Shown one piece after another: positions 46,601 to 53,772 of a DNA stretch of 64,000 nt. Position numbers and translations under genes: made by a program. The stretch's first letter is position 1. Every line of letters starts with the position of its first letter. Location: IMG/VR virus record IMGVR_UViG_3300047560_000604, positions 32,001 through 96,000 of that record. One strand, given 5' to 3'. The DNA comes from a virus. The notes under the pieces were generated by a model. The model did no database searches and was not told where the DNA came from. It was given only the letters and a program-made list of their open reading frames with translations.

Positions 46601-47242
46601 TACCCAAGCGGTATTACTACTGATTTGACAGGTGCAGAAGTAGTTGTTCCAGCATCACATATGATGTTGCGTACATTCTTACGTAATGATACTGTTGCTT
46701 ATCCTTGGTTAGCACCAGCTGGTACACGCCGTGGTACTATCGACAATGCTACAAACATTGGTTACTTAAACGGTGCAACTGGTGAATTCCAAACAGTTAA
46801 GAATCGTATGAGCATCCGTGATGTATTGTATACAAACCAAATCAACCCACTAGCATACTTCACAGGTATCGGTTTGTTGAACTATGGTAACAAGAACAGT
46901 AAAGATACACAAAGCGCATTGGATCGCATCAACGTTGCAAGACTTGTTTGCTACATCCGTGAACGTCTACAAGTTTCTTCTCGTCCGTTCGTATTTGAAC
47001 CAAACGATGCATTAACTCGTGGTGAGATTACTGGTGTAGTTCAATCATTGTTTATCGACTTAGTTGCTAAACGTGGTTTGTATGACTACTTGGTGGTTTG
47101 TGACGAAAGTAACAACACACCAGCTCGTATTGACCGTAATGAATTATGGATTGACGTTGCTATTGAACCAGTCAAGGCAGCTGAATTCATCTACATCCCG
47201 GTTCGTGTTATGAACACAGGCGAGTTGGCAGCAACGAAGTAA
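43631..47242 (+). CDS. gp18: Tail sheath protein (gp18-like), 1203 aa
   Basis: MALVSPGVQVTIID start; C-terminal YPWLAPAG.RRG, LYTNQINP, DRINVARL, PFVFEPND, IEPVKAAEFIYI. Confidence 0.95.
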   Translation: MALVSPGVQVTIIDQSQYLPAASNSVPLVVLATATNKANAAGTGVAAATTAANANKLYQVTSQRDLVNLFGSPFFYKTTNGTSIHGYELNEYGLLAAYSLLGATNRCYILRADIDLGSLVGTLSRPVGDPEDGTYWLDTTNTSWGIYSFNLSTGKFTQVEPTVITDSQYITGELSDNYPVDSFGIIGSYAVIANPIGTDGVYNQGTFFYKTYDNVWVKVGSPDWKKAIPAVTGTVSFPSLNIGDKFTINVNGDFSRQLNIDTGSITDVKDSLMSLGISDLNVRVVDGKLSIAYGMPGSGKYIALSNDDGTPLTDMGITAGTYYAAEVVYAPSSGMPLWSSQQQKPHPTGSIWIKTSIAGSGMDVKMSSYSATTGTWVSSTVSKYSSAVAAIGDLDSSGGKSIPTGTLFAQVGDASGSVVTPDLGIQLYKRTATGTMVKTGAVSDFVTYPITVGKALVITVTVPGQATTTSNYYTLVTAGTTAESFVTEWNGLDIPNTVATITTSGAIQLEHTAGGDIYLTDIPPGTYTPDSNNTPGQSNGLLAEIGFSATDGTMQVGAVVPFVATNVTQSESSGSGTGAVLTVTNRGTWYGFSVTTNGSGYVVDDTITIDGADIGGASGANDLVLTVESLSPLKLAYLSGTPRVNYSVAASNWEILDYVANEGAPATNPANGTNWFFSTATQVDIMVNQQGSWKGYKNVNFDSDGHPSATGVNSTDPLGPIIATTAPTTQSDGTALVTGDLWLDSSDLENYPKLSRWQLVDGAEQWVAIDNADQTSQAGIVFADARWANSGTVDPVSDPLTSITTLLTSNYLDLDAPDPALYPQGMLLFNTRRSGYNVKQFTTNYFTAAKYPDAYPANDSNPAHVPKLPAYTYTWVSVSGLQSNGAAYMGRKAQRNLVVQAMKAAIGTNQSIREEDTFFNLISAPNYPELQPDMVTLNNDRNNTAYIIGDTPLRLPDQATDLTNWATNAAGATSTGEAGWVTRDEYMGVFYPSGITTDLTGAEVVVPASHMMLRTFLRNDTVAYPWLAPAGTRRGTIDNATNIGYLNGATGEFQTVKNRMSIRDVLYTNQINPLAYFTGIGLLNYGNKNSKDTQSALDRINVARLVCYIRERLQVSSRPFVFEPNDALTRGEITGVVQSLFIDLVAKRGLYDYLVVCDESNNTPARIDRNELWIDVAIEPVKAAEFIYIPVRVMNTGELAATK

Positions 47243-47249
47243 AAATAAC

Positions 47250-47273
47250 TCCCCCGGCAACGGGGGATTATTT
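47250..47273 (+). terminator. Hairpin/terminator after the sheath gene
   Basis: TCCCCCG-GCAA-CGGGGGA followed by TTATTT. Confidence 0.65.
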
Positions 47274-47275
47274 AA

Positions 47276-47283
47276 GATAAATA
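47276..47283 (+). promoter_or_regulatory. T4 late-type promoter motif
   Basis: GATAAATA. Confidence 0.6.
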
Positions 47284-47302
47284 ATATATAGGAGAATAAA
47301 AT

Positions 47303-47932
47303 ATGGCAACAGCCTCACAATCACTGTTTAATATGACCGTAGCAGCGGACAATGGTACCAATGCACAAGGTCTATTAATGCCTAAACTACAATATCGTTT
47401 CAGAGCTTTGTTCTTGAACTTTGGTGTAGGTGGTTCTACACAAGAACTTACAAAACAAGTTATGGACATCACACGTCCTCAAGTTTCATTCGATGAAGTT
47501 ACATTAGACGTTTATAACTCACGTGTGTATCTAGCAGGTAAGCACTCATGGTCTGAAACAACTATCAACCTACGTGACGATGCACAAGGTAATGTTACTA
47601 AGTTGGTTGGTCAACAAATTCAGAAACAAATGGACTTCGTTGAACAAGCATCAGCAGCTACAGGACAAGATTACAAATTCCAAATCAATTACGAAGTACT
47701 TGATGGTGGCAATGGTGTATTGACTCCTACTGTATTAGAAACATGGGAACTTTATGGTTGCTTCATTAAGACAGTTAACTATAATAACATGGACTATAAG
47801 ACAAGTGATCCAGCAACTATCCAGTTGCAAGTTCGCTTTGATAACGCAGTTCAGTCCCCATTGACTTCTGGTATCGGTACTAACGTCGGTCGTGCATTCG
47901 GCGGCGCGGCAGTAACTGGCATCGGCGGCTAA
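47303..47932 (+). CDS. gp19: Tail tube protein (gp19-like)
   Basis: PKLQYRFR…YLAGKHSW…LRDD…ETWELYGCF…RFDNA; follows the sheath gene. Confidence 0.85.
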   Translation: MATASQSLFNMTVAADNGTNAQGLLMPKLQYRFRALFLNFGVGGSTQELTKQVMDITRPQVSFDEVTLDVYNSRVYLAGKHSWSETTINLRDDAQGNVTKLVGQQIQKQMDFVEQASAATGQDYKFQINYEVLDGGNGVLTPTVLETWELYGCFIKTVNYNNMDYKTSDPATIQLQVRFDNAVQSPLTSGIGTNVGRAFGGAAVTGIGG

Positions 47933-49113
47933 TGTCAGGATTCTTCCAGAATCTTTTATCAGACGCTGGAAAAGCATTTTTCGGCAATGAATACTTGCGT
48001 GATTACACTCACGCAAGTAAAACCTTTGTTACTAATGCGTATAGTTACGCTCCCAAATATAAGTTCTTATTTCATGTCTATTTTGACATTAATAAGGACT
48101 TAATCGGTGCTACAAAAAATTGGCCAACTGACCAAAACTTCGGTCTGGCTGTAAAGAACATTCAACTACCCAAATATTCATTTGATGTGCATACATTGAA
48201 TCAATACAATCGTAAGCGTGTAGTTCAAACAAAATTAAAATACGATCCTATTAACATTGCATTCCATGATGATAATAGTAATTTGATTCGTAAAATGTGG
48301 TATACATATTATACCTACTATTACAAAGATGCAACTCAACAAGACAGTAACTCAGGATTACCAGCAGATACGTTTGGTGACGGTGGTTACGGTAATCGTT
48401 ATAACTTGAATCATAGAAACATATATGATGCTAGTATCAACGGTAGCGATGATTGGGGTTATATCGGTGAAACAGGTAAATCCCCTGCAACTAATACAGC
48501 GGCATCATTGGGCGTTTCTAAAGCTCCATTCTTTAAAGCGATCAACATTTATGGTTTCAATCAACACAATTTTGCATTGTATAGATTGATAAATCCCATG
48601 ATTGAAAGTTTCTCACACGATACATATGACTATGCTCAGGGTAACGGCGTGATGGAAAATCAAATGACACTTCAGTATGAAACAGTAAAGTACTATGAAG
48701 GTGCATTGAATGGTAAGAAGCCAGACGACTTAGTTAAGATGTTTGGTACAGAAGACCATTATGATAGAACTCTAAGTCCTATAGCTCGCCCGGGCTCAAA
48801 CGCATCAATTCTTGGTCAAGGTGGTCTTGTTGATGCAGCCGGTGGTATCTTCAGCGATTTAGAATCAGGTAATATCTTGGGTGCGATTCAAAAAGCTGGC
48901 GCAGCTAAGAACACATTCAAAAACCCACAGAACATTTTGCAAATTGCTAAAGGTGAAGCACTTGGTGCTGCAACCAACGCATTAGCCGGCACCCCAAACA
49001 GAAACACAATGTTCGGCTTTCCAGTAAATGCGGCAACTGTGATTAAGAACACTTCGGATTCAATCAACGGCGCATTTAAGGGTGTCGTGTCTGGTCCTAA
49101 GAAGGTCGGATAA
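47932..49113 (+). CDS. Tail-tube-like baseplate protein (gp54-like)
   Basis: VKNIQLPKYSF…YDPINIAFHDD, tube-fold motifs. Confidence 0.55.
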   Translation: MSGFFQNLLSDAGKAFFGNEYLRDYTHASKTFVTNAYSYAPKYKFLFHVYFDINKDLIGATKNWPTDQNFGLAVKNIQLPKYSFDVHTLNQYNRKRVVQTKLKYDPINIAFHDDNSNLIRKMWYTYYTYYYKDATQQDSNSGLPADTFGDGGYGNRYNLNHRNIYDASINGSDDWGYIGETGKSPATNTAASLGVSKAPFFKAINIYGFNQHNFALYRLINPMIESFSHDTYDYAQGNGVMENQMTLQYETVKYYEGALNGKKPDDLVKMFGTEDHYDRTLSPIARPGSNASILGQGGLVDAAGGIFSDLESGNILGAIQKAGAAKNTFKNPQNILQIAKGEALGAATNALAGTPNRNTMFGFPVNAATVIKNTSDSINGAFKGVVSGPKKVG

Positions 49114-49118
49114 CCAAA

Positions 49119-49126
49119 CATAAATA
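49119..49126 (+). promoter_or_regulatory. T4 late-type promoter motif
   Basis: CATAAATA. Confidence 0.55.
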
Positions 49127-49143
49127 CTTCAAAGAGGTAGCTT

Positions 49144-49506
49144 ATGGCACAATCACTAGACCAACCAAGATCCAATTTAGATAGTACAGTAAGAGTATTT
49201 GATAGATTCTATGACTTTGACTTAGTTGTAGACGCAAATCAATATGAGATTGTATATTCTTATTTTTATGACATGTCAAAGAGTAAAGTTATTGCTAGAA
49301 ACTTTACAACAATTATTTTCAGAATCGCCAACATCACCGGTGAAAGTGCAATGCGTGTCATGGAAGACGTAAAAGGAACAACAAAGTTTGAAACCAATGC
49401 GATTCTTACATACTATTTGAATAGTATCAGAAGTAAGAGTACATTGTTCGGCATAGGCGTTATCCCATCGCCTAATCAAAGCATACAACGAAACGTGGTA
49501 ATCTAA
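49144..49506 (+). CDS. Hypothetical protein
   Basis: 120-aa ORF with GAGGT RBS. Confidence 0.7.
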   Translation: MAQSLDQPRSNLDSTVRVFDRFYDFDLVVDANQYEIVYSYFYDMSKSKVIARNFTTIIFRIANITGESAMRVMEDVKGTTKFETNAILTYYLNSIRSKSTLFGIGVIPSPNQSIQRNVVI

Positions 49507-49943
49507 TGGCTAATTGGGCTCAGGGGATATTCACACCTAAAAATTCTGAGAAATATATAGGTAATCACAAGCCCAAGTATCGCAGTGGTTGGGAACTAAC
49601 GTTCATGCAATTCTGCGACACTAACAAGAACGTATTGAAATGGGCTAGTGAATCTATTGTAATCCCCTACAGAAGCCCATTAGACGGCAAGATTCACAAT
49701 TATATCCCAGACTTCTTTGTAGTGTATCAAAACAAACACGGCAAGCAACTAGCTGAAATCGTAGAAATTAAACCCAAAAAACAAAGTCTAATCGAAAGTC
49801 GCACTGCTAGTGCCAGGGATAGAATAGTAGTGGCAGTCAACCACGCAAAGTGGGCTAGTGCAAAAGCATATTGTCAAGCTAATGGATTTACGTTTAGAGT
49901 TATCACAGAAGATGACCTTTTCTACAAGGCAAGTCGCAAGTAA
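49506..49943 (+). CDS. gp4: Head completion nuclease (gp4-like, TnsA-N fold)
   Basis: YRSGWE…FCD…WASE…IPY…H.YIPDF…EIKP…N.AKW..A. Confidence 0.85.
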   Translation: MANWAQGIFTPKNSEKYIGNHKPKYRSGWELTFMQFCDTNKNVLKWASESIVIPYRSPLDGKIHNYIPDFFVVYQNKHGKQLAEIVEIKPKKQSLIESRTASARDRIVVAVNHAKWASAKAYCQANGFTFRVITEDDLFYKASRK

Positions 49944-49970
49944 TAAATACTACTATTATAGGATAATAGT

Positions 49971-50456
49971 ATGACAAAGAAACTCAACGAATTGTTTGAA
50001 CTACCTGAAGATGAAGATATTGGTAGTGATAATGTTTCATTAGAGGAAGCACAAGAAGTTACGCAGGAAGCGTTTGAAACTCTAGATAAAATTGAGAACG
50101 CATTACCACAAGTGCGCGGACTTGAAGCCAGCGACAATGAAATGGACGAGTTAGCAAATCTAGCTACTGAGAGCTACAAAGACTTGATGGATTTGGGAAT
50201 GCAAGTAGATAGTCGTTTTGCAAGCGAAATTTTCAATAGTGCTAGTTCATTCCTAGGTCATGCTATCACATCAAAGACTGCAAAAATCAACAAAAAATTA
50301 AAAATGCTAGACTTACAATTGAAGAAAGCTGCAATGGATCATAAGATTGCTACTAGCAAAGGACCAGAAGAAATCGAAAATACGCCATTAGGTGAAGGAA
50401 GTTTAGTAGATAGAAACGAACTTCTGAAACAGATTCTTGGAAGTAAAAAAGAGTAA
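49971..50456 (+). CDS. Helical hypothetical protein (small-terminase-like possibility)
   Basis: 161-aa helical ORF; late-type AATAAATA at 49942-49949; function weakly inferred. Confidence 0.5.
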   Translation: MTKKLNELFELPEDEDIGSDNVSLEEAQEVTQEAFETLDKIENALPQVRGLEASDNEMDELANLATESYKDLMDLGMQVDSRFASEIFNSASSFLGHAITSKTAKINKKLKMLDLQLKKAAMDHKIATSKGPEEIENTPLGEGSLVDRNELLKQILGSKKE

Positions 50457-50487
50457 AAAGCATAAATAATATAATAGGAATAACATA

Positions 50488-51093
50488 ATGAAAAGCCTTC
50501 GTCACTACCTAACAGAATCAGTTAGAACATATCGTTACACTATCAAAATCGCAGGCGATGTTGATAAGAACTTTTTAGATATGTTTAAACACAACCTTTC
50601 TAAATTCGATCCAGTAAAGATTGAAGAACCAAAGACTACTCCAATTCAAAAGAACCCATATGGTTTCCCTGACTTAGAGAATGAGTCGATTACAATTATC
50701 AATGCTGAATTCAAATATCCAGCAACAGAGCCAATGATTCAACAAATTGTTCAATTATTGGGCAAGAACATCAACAATGTACGTGTCGTTACTTCTGATT
50801 ACAATGATACAATCAACGCAGAGAATGACAAGTATGCAAACGAAGCAGAACATTCACCAATCTTACTTAATAATGAGTTATCAGATGACGGTGGCAAAGC
50901 AGCTAAAGAATACGCAAATCAATACTTAGATAAAGTTCTTCCTAAGAAACCTAGTATTGATATTCCTTACGCAAGCAAACAAACTCCAACTGCTCCTAAC
51001 AAGAGTAAAGAAGGTATTCAAACTAAGAGTCCTATGACTAAAATGACACGCCCTGATTTACCAGCTACAGGTGGCAAAGGATTTAGCAAATGA
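50488..51093 (+). CDS. Hypothetical protein
   Basis: 201-aa ORF; CATAAATA at 50461-50468. Confidence 0.7.
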   Translation: MKSLRHYLTESVRTYRYTIKIAGDVDKNFLDMFKHNLSKFDPVKIEEPKTTPIQKNPYGFPDLENESITIINAEFKYPATEPMIQQIVQLLGKNINNVRVVTSDYNDTINAENDKYANEAEHSPILLNNELSDDGGKAAKEYANQYLDKVLPKKPSIDIPYASKQTPTAPNKSKEGIQTKSPMTKMTRPDLPATGGKGFSK

Positions 51094-51308
51094 TTGATTT
51101 TACAGCCAAACAATTAAGCTGGATTGTTATCAGTGCATGTGGAATTGGTGGTGGTGGCTACCTTACAATGGACAGTAAGATTAAAGAAGTTGATAACAAG
51201 CTAACTATCAACAGTGTAAGACAAGAAGCAATGAACGATAAACTAGCTGAGTTGTCAAAACAACTAGGTCGAATCGAAGATAAATTAGATAAAAGAGGAT
51301 CACGATAA
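51090..51308 (+). CDS. Small membrane-anchored coiled-coil protein
   Basis: N-terminal hydrophobic/Gly segment, then heptads. Confidence 0.6.
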   Translation: MIDFTAKQLSWIVISACGIGGGGYLTMDSKIKEVDNKLTINSVRQEAMNDKLAELSKQLGRIEDKLDKRGSR

Positions 51309-53686
51309 TGGATTTTAGAAGCCTATTACATTCACTCACTTCTCTAAGTGAAGGTGAAACAAAAGAAACCGGCAAAGGTCGTGTTCATAAAGGTACTTAC
51401 GGTACTGAATATGACACTGACAAAGAAGGTAACGAAAAGAAAAAAGAAAAGCCAAAGGCTGAGAAAAAAGGTCGCGGTCGCCCTAAGAAAGAAGAAAACG
51501 ATGATACTAAAAAGTTTGATAGTTCAGCGTTAAATTCTGTATTCGGTGGCAAGAAGCCTAAGAAAGAAGTAGGTAAAGTATCTAAGAAGCACTCATTAAA
51601 AGAGTACATGGAATCTGTCGAAGATACTAAGAATGCTGAAGCCGTAATGGAAGGCATGTTCGGTGGCGTTGACCACACAAACGTTGCAGCTAACTTAGGT
51701 AAATTAGCAAAAGTTATTAAGTCGGTACAAACTCCAGAACAGTTCAAAGTTGCTCAAAAGTATGCTCAAAGAATGAGTGGTACTATTATGAAGCATCAAC
51801 ATGACAATTCAGGCTTTGGTTCAGGCTTGAGAGCTAACATCGCTGTTTCGAGAGCAATCCAAGACGACTTGAAGCGTAAGGCTGCTGAGTTAGGTATTGA
51901 TTATCAATCACTAGAAGAAACAGGTGGAGATCAAATCGAAATCAAACCAGCTTCACAGACACAAACTCAAGTTATTCAACAAGGTAACAAGACATTAGGC
52001 ACAGTTGACAATCCACAACTTGCACAACAGATTAAACAATCCATTGGTAAGGGTGAAATGTCATTTGCATCTGACGAACAAGGTATGTCTGAAGGTAAAG
52101 ACGAAGGTAAACCAGGTAAGAACTTTGCTAAGATTGCTAAGTCAGCGGGTCAAAAGTATGGTTCAAAAGCTGCCGGCGAACGTGTAGCAGGTGCTGTACG
52201 TAACAAATTAAAAGCACAAGGTAAACTTGAAGAAGCTAAACCAGATTTCTTAGACGTTGACAAAGACGGTAACAAGAAAGAAACTTTTAAGAAAGCCGTT
52301 AAAGACAAGAAGAAAGTAGCAGAGAGCATTCAGTTAAATGAAGGTTCAATGAAAGAATTAATGTTACGTCTATTTGATGATTTGAATGTAGGAGCTCAAG
52401 GTTACAATATCAAACCAGCAGTAGAATTACAAGACAGAGCACTAGCTACTCGTGTTATCGATAAGACATTAGCACATGATGATAGATATAGACGTTTATC
52501 ACACACTCTAAAGAGTCAATTACGAGATGCAGCATTAGAAGAATTCGGTTTTACTGATTTCGATTCTAGCTTAGAAGAAGCCAATGATGCGCCAGGTCCA
52601 GTTGATAGCATTAGACAGCATACTCAACATGGTTTAGATGCTAAGCCAAGTAGATTTGTAGCAGTAGATCCTAATCCACCGAAGACTCCGTGGAAAGTAG
52701 ATCCAATTGAGCGCACTACGCAAGAAATTGGTGCAGGCGCACGTAGAGCATTTGATTTTATCAGAGGCACAAAAGAATCAACATTTGAAGGTAAAAATAT
52801 GAAAGATATCCAAGTAGAAAGCTGGGAAAAGCAATTAAACGGTTTATTGACAGAAGGTATCACCGTATCTTCAAGTCAAGGTCAACAGGGTGCACCTGAT
52901 TCAGTAAGCGTTACCGCTACTGAAAATGATGCACAATCATTGATGTCAGTATTACGTAATGCAGGTATTGGTGGATTTGGTGCAGAACCAGCATCTCCTG
53001 AAATCGGCTACGGTGTAGCTCAAGGCGGTGAAGATGAACCAACAGGTACAGGTACAGAACCTCAACCGAGTCCAGACGTAGTTGGTGATGACGGTGATAT
53101 GTTAGACATGATTAAGAAAATGGCTGGTTTGGGTGGTGGCGATGCCGAAGTAGTTGCTATTGGCGGCGAAGAAGGTGGTCAAGACTATGAAGATGAAGAA
53201 GGTTCTGATGACCAAGGTGGTGAAGAACAATCTCAAACTCTAGAGCCAGCAGACAGTGATGAAGAAGGTTCGGATGAAGAATCTGATGATGAAGAATCAG
53301 AAGATGACGAAACAGAAACAACTGACGAAGGTAATGCTTTTGGCCAAGAAGTTCGTCAAAAGAAATCTGATAATATCCCTGATAGTCAACAAAAAATCAA
53401 AACAGGTGGTCAAAATCTACCAGTTAAAGAAGGTGAGCATGAGTGTAATGAGTGCGGTATGATGGAATCATCATGTGAATGCGATTCAGAGCAAGTGAAT
53501 GAGTTCGCAAATGACGCAGGTGGAAACGCTATGGGCGACACTGAATTAATGAAGCTAAAGGCTTTATTGTCAATGGGCGGCGATATGCACAAGTTAAAGC
53601 GTGACCAGACAGTCGGCAATCCGACTCAAGTATCAATGGCTGAGTCATTGGCACAATGGAAAAAGTTAAGCGGTATTAAAAAATAA
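51308..53686 (+). CDS. Large acidic low-complexity protein, probably internal head protein
   Basis: Mosaic of K-rich, D/E-rich and G-rich blocks; DxDxDG motif (DVDKDG); ends KKLSGIKK. Confidence 0.6.
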   Translation: MDFRSLLHSLTSLSEGETKETGKGRVHKGTYGTEYDTDKEGNEKKKEKPKAEKKGRGRPKKEENDDTKKFDSSALNSVFGGKKPKKEVGKVSKKHSLKEYMESVEDTKNAEAVMEGMFGGVDHTNVAANLGKLAKVIKSVQTPEQFKVAQKYAQRMSGTIMKHQHDNSGFGSGLRANIAVSRAIQDDLKRKAAELGIDYQSLEETGGDQIEIKPASQTQTQVIQQGNKTLGTVDNPQLAQQIKQSIGKGEMSFASDEQGMSEGKDEGKPGKNFAKIAKSAGQKYGSKAAGERVAGAVRNKLKAQGKLEEAKPDFLDVDKDGNKKETFKKAVKDKKKVAESIQLNEGSMKELMLRLFDDLNVGAQGYNIKPAVELQDRALATRVIDKTLAHDDRYRRLSHTLKSQLRDAALEEFGFTDFDSSLEEANDAPGPVDSIRQHTQHGLDAKPSRFVAVDPNPPKTPWKVDPIERTTQEIGAGARRAFDFIRGTKESTFEGKNMKDIQVESWEKQLNGLLTEGITVSSSQGQQGAPDSVSVTATENDAQSLMSVLRNAGIGGFGAEPASPEIGYGVAQGGEDEPTGTGTEPQPSPDVVGDDGDMLDMIKKMAGLGGGDAEVVAIGGEEGGQDYEDEEGSDDQGGEEQSQTLEPADSDEEGSDEESDDEESEDDETETTDEGNAFGQEVRQKKSDNIPDSQQKIKTGGQNLPVKEGEHECNECGMMESSCECDSEQVNEFANDAGGNAMGDTELMKLKALLSMGGDMHKLKRDQTVGNPTQVSMAESLAQWKKLSGIKK

Positions 53687-53700
53687 TAAAACCGTATTTT

Positions 53701-53730
53701 AAATAGCTCACTTCGGTGGGCTATTTTTTT
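53701..53730 (+). terminator. Rho-independent terminator
   Basis: AAATAGCTCAC-TTCG-GTGGGCTATTTTTTT. Confidence 0.88.
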
Positions 53731-53743
53731 GGCTACTCGCTTT

Positions 53744-53751
53744 GATAAATA
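53744..53751 (+). promoter_or_regulatory. T4 late-type promoter motif
   Basis: GATAAATA. Confidence 0.6.
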
Positions 53752-53772
53752 CTCTATAAGGTAGATAGAAAC

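Noticed and set aside
49506-49943. Tn7 TnsA transposase
   Set aside because: Same fold as T4 gp4 head-completion nuclease, located among tail/head genes, with no TnsB/C or transposon ends.
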